The notes under the pieces are model-generated. The model did no database searches and had not been told where the DNA came from. It saw only the letters and a program-made list of their open reading frames with translations. Positions 9,439 through 18,866 of a stretch of DNA of 31,125 nucleotides are shown piece by piece (within the stretch, counting starts at the first letter, position 1; every line of letters starts with the position of its first letter). The position numbers and the translations under genes are program-made. Source of the stretch: a virus (Duplodnaviria > Caudoviricetes); the IMG/VR virus record IMGVR_UViG_3300027887_000038, positions 1 to 31,125 of that record. One strand, 5' to 3'.

Positions 9439-12039
9439 ATGGCGAAATTCAGCGACCTCATCGTCAAAATCACGGGAGACGCGAGTGGTTTCAACAAAAC
9501 CACGAAACAGGTCAGTGATAGCCTGGAGGGCTTATCAACCGACGTGCTGAAGGCGGGCGGCAGCTTTTCCGCACTTGGGAAATCATTCACCTCCGCGCTA
9601 GGCCCACTGGTGGGAGCCTCCTCGGTCGTCGCCATAGGGACCGCGGCCTTCGGGGCGGCGCAGGACTTTGAGGAGGCGATGAGAAAGATCGCTTTTGCGA
9701 CGGGGGCAACACAGGAAAAGCTGAAGGGCCTCGGGGAGAGTTTCAAAAACGTCTATGTTCAGACGGGCGCTGACTCGGGCCAAGTGGCCGGCGCGATTTC
9801 GATGATCGCCCAGCGATCAGGATTAGCGGGGCAGGCGCTAGAAACCATGGCGCTAAGTATGCTCAAGTTCGCCAAGGTGGGAGGCGTTGACGTGTCTGAA
9901 GTCGTGCCCCGCCTGACGCGGCTTTTCGGGTCGTGGAAGATCGCCACGGAAGACCAAGCCGGTGCGATGCAATTCCTCCAGTCGGTATCGCAGCGCACGG
10001 CTGTCCCGGTCACTCAACTGCTCGACCGACTGACGCAGTTCGGCGCGCCCCTGCGCGAGGTCGGCCTATCGATGGCCGATGCTGCGGTGATGCTGGCGAA
10101 GTTCGAGGCCGAGGGATTGAACGTCGAAGAGGTCATGGCGGGGATGCAAAGGGCAGCCGCCAAATTCCTCAAGACTGGCATGGACCCCGGCCAGGCGTTT
10201 CAGGCCGTCATCAAGGGAATACAGGACGGCACGATCAGCGCCGAGAAGGCTATCAAGTTGTTTGGCACGAGAAGTGGGTTGGCGCTAGTGGAAGCGATAC
10301 AGGCTGGTCGATTTTCTGATGTTCTAAGTGGGCAATTGAAAGAAGGCATCGCCAACGCGGCTAAAGGCGCCGCGCCTCCGAAGGCACTGGCGACCGAATG
10401 GAAGCAGTTTTACCATGACATCGAAATCAACGCGCTTGAGCCCCTCGGTAGCGGCCTATTATGGATCGCTCACAATGCGATGGAGGGCGCGAAGATCATC
10501 AGCGGCCTATTGAAGGAACTGGGCGCGAACGTCATCAAGTTCTCGACGGGCTGGGTTAGCGCGCTGGCGGACGCTGGCAAGAAAACCGCTGGGCTACTGT
10601 TCCCATCAGCGCAGTTGCCCTATTCGCAGCCGGGGCCGAAAGCGATCCCGACCGCCGCGACGGCGCAGGCCCCGTCTACCGCCGCATGGATGGACAGTGC
10701 CAATCGCATTCCTTCTGTGCTGCCTCCGACGAAAGAAGAACTGGCAGAGCAGAAAAAGCGTCTGGAAGCCAGCATCAAGGTCGTCTATGACTACTGGGAC
10801 AGGTACCAAACGGCGTTTGAGAAGTTGCAGGAAGAAGGACTTACGGGGGGCGCGACCGTCCCCGCGCGTTGGATGTCTGGATTGGTGGACATGATCGACA
10901 AGACGAAGGAATATCGCGCGATCCAAGCCAGCCTGAAGACAGTCAATGATGACCTCGCGAAGAATGAAGCAGAATGGGCACAAAAGACATGGGAAGCGCG
11001 GCAGAAGGTAAACGAGTCGGCGAAGGAAACGATTGTCGTTACCACAACCGTATCGGACATCCTGAGAGAGAAGTTCGCTGGCTCTCTATCCGCAGCAGAC
11101 AATGGCCTGCTGGCAATTTACGAATCGCAATCGCGCTATAACGATCTCCTTAAAGCATTTGGGATTACAAGCCGCGAGATCGCCAGTGTCGATCTAGAGT
11201 CGCTTCGTAAGAAACTGGAAGAGCTTGAGGTTTATGCAAGGTCCAGCGCGGGGGCTTTCCTGGACTTCCAGGATGCCTATGAAAAGGTCCAGAAAAAAAG
11301 GGCAGATGTTGAAGAGGGAGTAAAAATACCGACGGCTGACCTTTCAAAGGATGCGAAGAAATCCTCTGCCGCGATGCAGCAAGTCTCCCTCGTGGTCAAC
11401 GACGTTGCGCGCGGCCTTACCGACGTGATCTTCAAGGCTGGGACGTTCGGCGACGTCATGAAACGCATGGCTATCGACGTCGGCAAGGCTATCACGCGGA
11501 GCATTATCGAAGCCGCATTGAAGCCACTTATCGAAAAGCTGACCAAGATCATAATGGACGCCACGAAGCTGTCCTCTATCTTTGGCAGCGGCACATCGGC
11601 GGCGGGTGGTGCCTCCGGGGCGGCGCAGGGCGGGGCCGCGAGCGGATTCGGCGGTGCAGTGGGTGGCATGGTCGGAATGATTTCCGGCATCGTCTCCGCA
11701 ATTGGCTCAATCGGAACCTGGATTTCGACCATACGCCTTGAAGGCACGATGAACGGTGTGGAGTGGAACACCCGGAAAGCCTCGATCCACCTCGAAACGC
11801 TAGTAAACAACGCAAACCAGTGGTGGCCGAAGATTAACGACGTCACAACGGCCATTTGGGCATTCCGCGACCTCGCCCTCGGCTGGGGCTTCCCCGACAG
11901 CATCGGCGGCGCGGCTGCGGCTGCCGGCGGCGCGGGTGGCTACGGAGTGCAGATCAACGTCACCGGGAGCTTCATCGGCTATCGGGATATGGATAGTTTC
12001 GTTGACGAGTTGGTGCGCCGGATCAAGGCGCGACTGTAA
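9439..12039 (+). CDS. Tail tape measure protein (TP901-like core)
   Basis: 866 aa, Ala/Gly-rich and helical; N-terminal LIVKITGDASGF; AQDFEEAM..IAFATGAT; follows the chaperone genes. Confidence 0.93.
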   Translation: MAKFSDLIVKITGDASGFNKTTKQVSDSLEGLSTDVLKAGGSFSALGKSFTSALGPLVGASSVVAIGTAAFGAAQDFEEAMRKIAFATGATQEKLKGLGESFKNVYVQTGADSGQVAGAISMIAQRSGLAGQALETMALSMLKFAKVGGVDVSEVVPRLTRLFGSWKIATEDQAGAMQFLQSVSQRTAVPVTQLLDRLTQFGAPLREVGLSMADAAVMLAKFEAEGLNVEEVMAGMQRAAAKFLKTGMDPGQAFQAVIKGIQDGTISAEKAIKLFGTRSGLALVEAIQAGRFSDVLSGQLKEGIANAAKGAAPPKALATEWKQFYHDIEINALEPLGSGLLWIAHNAMEGAKIISGLLKELGANVIKFSTGWVSALADAGKKTAGLLFPSAQLPYSQPGPKAIPTAATAQAPSTAAWMDSANRIPSVLPPTKEELAEQKKRLEASIKVVYDYWDRYQTAFEKLQEEGLTGGATVPARWMSGLVDMIDKTKEYRAIQASLKTVNDDLAKNEAEWAQKTWEARQKVNESAKETIVVTTTVSDILREKFAGSLSAADNGLLAIYESQSRYNDLLKAFGITSREIASVDLESLRKKLEELEVYARSSAGAFLDFQDAYEKVQKKRADVEEGVKIPTADLSKDAKKSSAAMQQVSLVVNDVARGLTDVIFKAGTFGDVMKRMAIDVGKAITRSIIEAALKPLIEKLTKIIMDATKLSSIFGSGTSAAGGASGAAQGGAASGFGGAVGGMVGMISGIVSAIGSIGTWISTIRLEGTMNGVEWNTRKASIHLETLVNNANQWWPKINDVTTAIWAFRDLALGWGFPDSIGGAAAAAGGAGGYGVQINVTGSFIGYRDMDSFVDELVRRIKARL

Positions 12040-12051
12040 GGAGCTTTCACC

Positions 12052-12468
12052 ATGAAAACCATGCGCCTTGCGCTCATTCTCTGCGCCCTCGCGGTTACTG
12101 CGCTGGCGCAAACCACGCTCACGGTGACAATCGCCCAGAACGAGAGTCTCAGTTCGGCCATACAGTTGCGCCCAAACTCGAGCGGGAACGCCTGCACGCC
12201 CGCGGCGATCCTCATTCCCTCCACATGGGTGACGGCCACCACGATGACGTTTCAGGCGAGCGACACCGGCGTCTCGGGCACCTATGCGGAACTAGTGGAC
12301 GAGTACGGTAGCGCCGTGGCGATCACCGTTGCGGCCAGCAAATACATCCGCCTCTCGCCCGGCGATTGGTGGGGCGTCAATTGGCTCAAGGTTCGGTCTG
12401 GAACATCAGGCTCGCCGACAAATCAGACCGAGGCGGCGGGAGTAGTCATCAAGATCATCTGCAAGTGA
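12052..12468 (+). CDS. Small beta-sandwich protein with a predicted Sec signal peptide
   Basis: AAGGAG RBS; MKTMRLALILCALAVTALA|Q; the mature part has ESLSSAI, MTFQASD, LKVRSGTSGSP and two Cys. Confidence 0.75.
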   Translation: MKTMRLALILCALAVTALAQTTLTVTIAQNESLSSAIQLRPNSSGNACTPAAILIPSTWVTATTMTFQASDTGVSGTYAELVDEYGSAVAITVAASKYIRLSPGDWWGVNWLKVRSGTSGSPTNQTEAAGVVIKIICK

Positions 12469-12474
12469 GTTGAG

Positions 12475-15400
12475 ATGGCCTGGGACATCACAATCGGATC
12501 GCATAACGCGCTGAGTGAGATCTGCCGGGGCACTCTGTCCATCGGCAGAGAGCTAAACTCGCGCGCGACGTGCTCCTTCCGCCTGATGTCCAAGACGGGC
12601 ACCTATACCCCGGCAGTCGGCGCGCCAGTCAATATCTACCATGATAACGCGCGGCTATATGGCGGATTCATCTGGAGCGTTGACACCAAGCGGTATAAGG
12701 GCTCCGTCCTGCTAGAGCACTCAGTGACGTGCGTGGATGCGTCATTTGTAGCCGACCGGCGCACCTGTTACGAGCACGCCTGGCTGAATGCCACGGGCGG
12801 GCAGATCGTTACCGACATCGTCGCCAACTCGCTTAATGGCGAGGGCGTGACATATACCTACGTCTCAGCCGGGCCGACCATTGCCGGCGAGTTCGGGATG
12901 TACGGTTACCCCACCGTTTCCGAGGCCATCCAGAAAGTTTGCGACCAGACGCAGAGCTATTGGTATATCGATGGCGACATGAACGTCCGGTATTTCAGCC
13001 AGACCTCTCTCGGATATGATGCGCCGTTTGACATTACCACCGACAACGCGATGGAGGCGAACCTCTTCACCTCGCTGGAGGAATACGCCAACCGCGTCAT
13101 CATCAACCTGTCGAAGTTCCTGCTCGCCGAAGACACCGAGACGTTCGTTGGTGATGGCGCGACGACCTACTTTCAACTTCAGCACCCGGTAGCGAGCGAG
13201 CCGGTGGTGAAGGTCGATAACGTCGAGAAGACGGTCGGAATCTCAGGGTCGGATACCGGGAAAGACTGGTATTGGTCGCAGGAAAGCGCGACCATCGCGC
13301 AGGATTCCGGGGCGGCTCCGCTGACGGGTGGACAGACACTTGCGGTTACCTACGTCGGCATCGACAGTGCATATGCTTCGGCACAGAACGCATCACAGAT
13401 CAGCGCCCGGGCAGCGATAGAAGGTGGGACCGGCGTTCATACAAAGGTGATTCAGTGGACCGAAGCGGCGAACCGCAGCAAGGCTGACGCGGTGGCCGCT
13501 GCGGAACTGGACCGCATTGACGAACTGCCCGCCGTCGTCACTTATCGCACCAACGATGTCAATTGCCCCGACCTGGATCTACTCAAGCCGGGGGACAAGC
13601 AGACGATCTTCGGCACGGAATACGTCCTCCGCTCAATCAAATGGGAAGACGATCCGCACGGCAACGTCCTTTGGGCTCAGATTGAGGGGGTGCGTGGACC
13701 TCTCCTCGCCACGCTAGTTGACCTCCTGCGCGGAACTGAGCCCGGCGGGGCGGGCTACTCTCCCACCGTGCCAGCGGTCGGGGAGTCTGGGGATTACACG
13801 CCCCCAGCCGCCCCGAATCCTCCTACCTCAGTCTCGCTCTCCATCGCGAGCGTCGGTGAGGATGAATACTATGCGGTGATTTCCTGGCTGCCACCATCAC
13901 CTAGCGGTGGGACGGTCAAGTTCCTCGTCTATCTCGCGTTCTACGAGCACGGGACGAATACCGAAATACATTCGGTAACATTTGAGACATTCGACCAGCA
14001 TCGTATCACTACTTTTCCGGCTCCAAAGAGCGTCGATCCCGTCGATTGTGATGCTCATGCCTACGGAGTGAACAGCGCTGGAGAAATATCCGCGTCCTCC
14101 GCTTTCAGCACACCGAGACAGGTGATTCCGGCGAAAGGTTCATACAGTGATCCACCCGCGGCAACCGGCATCAGTCTGGCGGTGACGGCCTTTGACAAGG
14201 ACGGATTGCCGTATTTCTACATCAGCGGTACCGTGAATCCGGCAGCGGTGGTTGGTACGGGCAAGGGATATGCGATCCAAGTTCGAACCTATACCAACGC
14301 AGCCGGGGGGGATGCCTATAAAGACTGCGACTGGATGACGTTCACCGAGACCGCCGCGGAAACCAGCCCATTCACTTACTTGTCGGATGACTGGAAGCAG
14401 TCCGATAGCGCGCGATGGGTTCAGGTGCGAGTGGCGGCGATCAATGGATGGAACGAATATGGGGCGTGGACCTATTCGGGCGTCGAAAGTATCGGGGCGA
14501 GCCAGGGTGCTGATCTCGCGAAGTCTCGCAAGTCATCCCTGGGCGCTGGGCTGACGAAGGATGCCAATGGTAAGCCCGCCAGCCTAACCAGTAGCGCGGG
14601 GTTGCAAAACGGCGATTTCGAGTATGACCTCGATGGATGGGACATCCTCGGGTCGCCGGCGGATGTTTTCGTCTATACCGCCGACAAATACAGCGGCACG
14701 AAATGCTGCCGGATTAATGCACACTCGAGCGCATGGTGCGGACTCAGCCAGAATCTTCCATTCAAATACGGACAGTCGGCGCGTCTGACTTGCTGGTACA
14801 AGGGCAACCTCGATGGCTATACCGTTTCAGTACTGAGATTTCTCGATAAAAACCTCGCCATCGTGGGGACTCAATCCTTGCCATCAGCCACGATGGACAG
14901 CACATGGCATAAGGTTGATGTCGCCGCGACGGCTCCGGCCGATACAGCCTACATCCAAATCTATCCCCTCTCCACGAATAGCGCCAATGGTTATGCGATT
15001 GTCGATCTTGTCTCGCTTACCATCGTGGATGTGGACATGACATATGCGGCCAACTTCAATACGTCGGAGTTTGAGGTAGTCACTTCCACGTTCCGCACAA
15101 AAGTGATCGCCGCGGATAAGATCTACGTCGGCTCCGTCCTCCGGGTGGGCGGTGGAACCGGGGCGTATCTCGCCACGTTCAATGGGGCCTCGGATGGGCA
15201 GATTGCCTGCTATAGCGCGGCGAACGCGCTAACCGCATGGATGGGGAAAAACGGTAGCTATACGGGCATTTGGGGCGGTGAGGCGTGGATCGGTGGAACG
15301 AGCCCAGCCAACGCGCAACTGACCGCCACAGGTGGAACGCTGGCGGCGAACGGCATGACGTTTGTTCTGTCGAAATCTGTCACTATCAGCGGTGCGCGCA

Positions 15401-15978
15401 CGATCCGAACCACGATCAACCCGGCGGCGCAGAACGGGCTATATTGCGGGCTCCAAGTGGAGGATGTCACCCCGTCTGGTTCCTATGCCGGGGAGGGTGT
15501 CTTTGTTCAGCCGTACAATGTGTATCTGAAGCGCCCGACGGGTGGCAGCGGGGCCGAGTCTCTCCTTGGTCAGGGCACTCTCCAGTTGGGCTACTCGACC
15601 ACCCTTGGAGTGAATCTCCAAGGATCTGCTGCGGGCGCGGGAGTTCTGGCACTTGATCCCGGCGCGGCCACGACCGCCAGCTCGAGCTATATCTCCATTC
15701 ACGGCGATGTTGTGCTGCGGAGCCGGCGCAGCGCCATCACGCACATCGCAGGCACATATCCATCGGACGATTATATGACCGGGACGGCAGGCGCTTCCTA
15801 CACCAGCACCGAGCAAGACATGCTCGCTTTCCTCTACGGAACCGGCGCCGCTCCGGGCGGGCATCCCTACCAGTACGGCGGCTGGTTGCATCGCGCCACG
15901 GCGGCGCTCAATGACCACTCGGCGCGCATCGCGTCAATCCTCTCCGCTCTCGAATCCCATGGACTCATTGAAACCTGA
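12475..15978 (+). CDS. Tail tip hub/central fibre protein with FN3-like repeats, a CBM4/9-like domain and a trimeric fibre C-terminus
   Basis: N-terminal hub-like region (WYIDGDMNVRYF); FN3-like segments (PNPPTSVSL..ISWLPP; VQVRVAAINGWNEYGAW); LQNGDFEYDLDGW...YSGTKC carbohydrate-binding-module pattern (about 14602-15018); C-terminal ILSALESHGLI. Confidence 0.8.
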   Translation: MAWDITIGSHNALSEICRGTLSIGRELNSRATCSFRLMSKTGTYTPAVGAPVNIYHDNARLYGGFIWSVDTKRYKGSVLLEHSVTCVDASFVADRRTCYEHAWLNATGGQIVTDIVANSLNGEGVTYTYVSAGPTIAGEFGMYGYPTVSEAIQKVCDQTQSYWYIDGDMNVRYFSQTSLGYDAPFDITTDNAMEANLFTSLEEYANRVIINLSKFLLAEDTETFVGDGATTYFQLQHPVASEPVVKVDNVEKTVGISGSDTGKDWYWSQESATIAQDSGAAPLTGGQTLAVTYVGIDSAYASAQNASQISARAAIEGGTGVHTKVIQWTEAANRSKADAVAAAELDRIDELPAVVTYRTNDVNCPDLDLLKPGDKQTIFGTEYVLRSIKWEDDPHGNVLWAQIEGVRGPLLATLVDLLRGTEPGGAGYSPTVPAVGESGDYTPPAAPNPPTSVSLSIASVGEDEYYAVISWLPPSPSGGTVKFLVYLAFYEHGTNTEIHSVTFETFDQHRITTFPAPKSVDPVDCDAHAYGVNSAGEISASSAFSTPRQVIPAKGSYSDPPAATGISLAVTAFDKDGLPYFYISGTVNPAAVVGTGKGYAIQVRTYTNAAGGDAYKDCDWMTFTETAAETSPFTYLSDDWKQSDSARWVQVRVAAINGWNEYGAWTYSGVESIGASQGADLAKSRKSSLGAGLTKDANGKPASLTSSAGLQNGDFEYDLDGWDILGSPADVFVYTADKYSGTKCCRINAHSSAWCGLSQNLPFKYGQSARLTCWYKGNLDGYTVSVLRFLDKNLAIVGTQSLPSATMDSTWHKVDVAATAPADTAYIQIYPLSTNSANGYAIVDLVSLTIVDVDMTYAANFNTSEFEVVTSTFRTKVIAADKIYVGSVLRVGGGTGAYLATFNGASDGQIACYSAANALTAWMGKNGSYTGIWGGEAWIGGTSPANAQLTATGGTLAANGMTFVLSKSVTISGARTIRTTINPAAQNGLYCGLQVEDVTPSGSYAGEGVFVQPYNVYLKRPTGGSGAESLLGQGTLQLGYSTTLGVNLQGSAAGAGVLALDPGAATTASSSYISIHGDVVLRSRRSAITHIAGTYPSDDYMTGTAGASYTSTEQDMLAFLYGTGAAPGGHPYQYGGWLHRATAALNDHSARIASILSALESHGLIET

Positions 15979-16192
15979 CCATATCCCGCTGACCGAGACG
16001 GAGGCCGCTTATGTGGCCGAAACGATTAGAGACATCATCGCCGCGCAGGCCCAGCATAGCGGAGCGGTCGCCATGCTGATCCGCTCTCGAGGACTCGCCG
16101 GCCAGTGGTCGCTTTCACCTGACGGCCGCGCATTGATCCGTGTTCCGCAAGTTCAGAATCCGCAGGAGGGCTCCTATGGCGTTGCCAATTGA
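15959..16192 (+). CDS. Hypothetical protein, possible tail fibre chaperone (77 aa)
   Basis: MDSLKPDHIPLTETE...; overlaps the end of the hub gene; function guessed from position only. Confidence 0.55.
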   Translation: MDSLKPDHIPLTETEAAYVAETIRDIIAAQAQHSGAVAMLIRSRGLAGQWSLSPDGRALIRVPQVQNPQEGSYGVAN

Positions 16193-16252
16193 GGGCGTTG
16201 GCAAACCAGCCACATTTGATACAGCGCACGCCAGCAGAAGGAGAAAAGTGAA

Positions 16253-16633
16253 ATGCCGCTAATTAAAGGCGTCGAGCAATACGCGATCCTGGTGACCTTG
16301 CAGGTAAATGCCGAAGGGCATGACCCGGTCACGATCATAATTCCACAGTCAAAGGCTCTGAAGATGCTGCGCAGGGTGCAGGACGCGGTCCTCCCGTTGT
16401 CTTCGGTGCCGATGTACACCAGCATCCTGGACCTCGTTCAGAAGTCGCTCCAATCCGGTCTGTTTGCAGAACTGGACAGGATCTACCAGGATTCCCCAAC
16501 CGCCGAGGAGGTACTCCTGCAGGAGCAGGCAGCTGCCATCGAAACCCGGCTGAAAGCCGCTCGAGCACAGCGCGACTGGATGCAGCCGGCGCCAGCCGTC
16601 GTCGGCGTCCAGGCCGTTTCCGAGATTGGCTAG
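16253..16633 (+). CDS. Hypothetical protein with C-terminal coiled coil
   Basis: AAGGAG RBS; 126 aa; EEVLLQEQAAAIETRLKAARAQ. Confidence 0.7.
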   Translation: MPLIKGVEQYAILVTLQVNAEGHDPVTIIIPQSKALKMLRRVQDAVLPLSSVPMYTSILDLVQKSLQSGLFAELDRIYQDSPTAEEVLLQEQAAAIETRLKAARAQRDWMQPAPAVVGVQAVSEIG

Positions 16634-16645
16634 AAGGAGCCAACT

Positions 16646-16993
16646 ATGCGATTGATCGTCACAGCGATTCTCATCATCATCCTGCTCTCGGTGGTGGCTA
16701 GCGCAGCCGGCCGCACAGTCACTCTGACGTGGCAGGACACCCAGAACCCTACGGGCACGACCTACAATGTCTACAAGGGAGTGGGCGACTGCGCCACAAG
16801 TAATCTTGCCTTCGTCAAGATCAACACCGCCCCCGTTGCTGCCCTCACTTACACCGAGAGCAATGTAGCGACAGGCCAATACTGCTACTACGTCACCGCC
16901 TTCGGTGGCGGCATGGAGAGCGCGCCATCGAACAAGGCGCCGGCCCTGGCTACACCTTATGCGGCAACGGTCCTTGTGGTGGTGGTTCAGTGA
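16646..16993 (+). CDS. Fibronectin type III-like protein with a predicted signal peptide
   Basis: AAGGAG RBS; MRLIVTAILIIILLSVVASA|A; FN3 signature VTLTW...YNVYK...YCYYVTAF...ESAPSN. Confidence 0.85.
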   Translation: MRLIVTAILIIILLSVVASAAGRTVTLTWQDTQNPTGTTYNVYKGVGDCATSNLAFVKINTAPVAALTYTESNVATGQYCYYVTAFGGGMESAPSNKAPALATPYAATVLVVVVQ

Positions 16994-17080
16994 GGAGACT
17001 CAACAGCGGAATCACCGGAGCCCTTGTTACCCAGACCTTTTCTCAGGACCTGATCATCGGCTGCCGCTAAGGGGAACACC

Positions 17081-18112
17081 ATGAAATGCTTTGTCTCGCT
17101 CTTCATTATGACACTGCTGGCGTTGGCGCAAGCTCCGCCGCCGAGCAGCAGCGGCGGCCTTGCAACAGGCTTCAAGATTCGCGGCGGCACCCTGCCGGCC
17201 ACTCCATGTCAGGACGGTCTCGCCTTTCAGAAGACGTCCGGCCCGAGCATGGGCCCTTACAGCTGCACCAACGGCGTCTGGGTGTTGATGGCCGGCAGCG
17301 CGGAGCCTGTGGACAACTACAGCGTATCGTTCACCAGCCAGACCTCCGTTGTGGCGAACCACGCCGCCGGAACAACGAAGGTGCTCATCTCCTGCTACGA
17401 CACGTCGGGGGTGTTGGTCGAACCGGCGTCAATCACGCTGACCGACACGAACAACGCGACCATCACTTTTCAGACCGCACAAAGCGGGACCTGCGTCGTC
17501 AACACGGTAGGCGGCGGCGGCGGGGGGGGCGGCGGCATCACCACACTGAACGGCCTGACCATCGGGTCACAGACGTTTACCAACGACACAAACGTCACAG
17601 TGACGTCCGCCGGTTCGGCCCACGCGATGGGATGGGCCGGGACGCTGTCCGTCGCGCGGGGCGGAACGGGTGCCGCATCTGAGGCCAACGCCAGGATCTC
17701 CCTGCTGCCCTCATACACCAGCAACGCCAGCAGGTGTCTCAAACTGAACTCGGGGGCGACCGACGTTGAGTGGGCGACCTGTACTGACCTGACGGCGGGC
17801 TCCGGCATCGAAATCACAGACGGCGTCGTCAGCATGACCGACGCCGTAGCCCAGCAGCTGTACGGCACCGACTCTTTGAACTTCCCGTCCATCAACAACG
17901 CGGCCTGCTCTGACCTGACGCTGACGGTTACAGGCGCTCAGATCGGAGACACGGTCGCCGCGGGCTGGCCGGCATCCCTACCGGCGGGTGTTTTCGGAAC
18001 GATGTTCGTCTCCATCGCGGACACTGTCGTCGTCCGCGTCTGCAATCTGAGCGGATCCTCTGTCGATCTCGCTGCGTCGGCATTCTCGGCACGCATCATT
18101 CGGAGCTTCTAG
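17081..18112 (+). CDS. Fibre/adhesin-like protein with a predicted signal peptide
   Basis: MKCFVSLFIMTLLALA|Q; Gly9 linker; phage fibre motif GTLSVARGGTGA; C-terminal LTVTGAQIGDTV...VSIADTVVVRVCN head-like domain; 8 Cys in the mature part. Confidence 0.8.
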   Translation: MKCFVSLFIMTLLALAQAPPPSSSGGLATGFKIRGGTLPATPCQDGLAFQKTSGPSMGPYSCTNGVWVLMAGSAEPVDNYSVSFTSQTSVVANHAAGTTKVLISCYDTSGVLVEPASITLTDTNNATITFQTAQSGTCVVNTVGGGGGGGGGITTLNGLTIGSQTFTNDTNVTVTSAGSAHAMGWAGTLSVARGGTGAASEANARISLLPSYTSNASRCLKLNSGATDVEWATCTDLTAGSGIEITDGVVSMTDAVAQQLYGTDSLNFPSINNAACSDLTLTVTGAQIGDTVAAGWPASLPAGVFGTMFVSIADTVVVRVCNLSGSSVDLAASAFSARIIRSF

Positions 18113-18116
18113 GGGA

Positions 18117-18866
18117 ATGAAAATGAAACAGCTACTCATCCTCACCATCGCAGCCGTAACCTGTCTGGCGCAGACCTCGATCAACGGCTCCCGCACGATC
18201 CAGGGAGCCATCAACTACGCCGCATCCTCGGCGGGAACAGACACCTACGCCATTACGTTGTCACCCGCCCTGCTCGGGTATGTGACCGGGGCGTGCTACA
18301 CGTTCACGGCTGACGTGGCGAACGTCGGCACCGCCACCTTGAACATCAACGCGCGTGGCGCGAAGACGATCACAAAGGCAGTCGGAGGAGTGACCACCGA
18401 CCTGTCCGACAACGACATTCGCGCCGGCCAGGTCGTCAACGTCTGCTACGACGGCACCAATATGCAGATGCAAAGCGCGGCCGGGAACGGTCTCAGCGCG
18501 AACAGCGGGATCCGCAACTTCGGCGCCTCGTTCGACGGCGGCGGGTCTGCCCTGACCACACGGCAGTCCCTACCGATAGTCGTTCCCTACGCCTGTACGA
18601 TATCGGCCTGGAACATTTTGGTAGCGCCGTCAGGAACGGCCACCGTGAAGCTGTGGAAGATCGCCTCTGGAACGGCCATCCCCACCATCAGCAACGTCAT
18701 TAACACCAGCGGCATCGCAATCTCAACCGGTACGGCTGTTCGCTCCACCACAGTCACCGATTTCACGACTACGACGGTGGCCGCGAACGACATCATCATC
18801 TTTTCGGTTACGGCTGTCGCCACCGCCACACAGTTGGTTGTGAGCATCCAATGCGATGCGTCCTAG
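18117..18866 (+). CDS. Tail-fibre-domain protein with a predicted signal peptide
   Basis: MKMKQLLILTIAAVTCLA|Q; GTDTYAITLSPA...ANVGTATLNINARGAKTITK...DIRAGQVVNVCYDGTN is a module I recognise from phage fibres; followed by a second beta-sandwich; 4 Cys in the mature part. Confidence 0.8.
   Translation: MKMKQLLILTIAAVTCLAQTSINGSRTIQGAINYAASSAGTDTYAITLSPALLGYVTGACYTFTADVANVGTATLNINARGAKTITKAVGGVTTDLSDNDIRAGQVVNVCYDGTNMQMQSAAGNGLSANSGIRNFGASFDGGGSALTTRQSLPIVVPYACTISAWNILVAPSGTATVKLWKIASGTAIPTISNVINTSGIAISTGTAVRSTTVTDFTTTTVAANDIIIFSVTAVATATQLVVSIQCDAS

Noticed and set aside
11293-14311. A7 run in the tape measure gene and G7 run in the hub gene as phase-variation or frameshift sites
   Set aside because: Short runs in intact essential reading frames with no supporting evidence.
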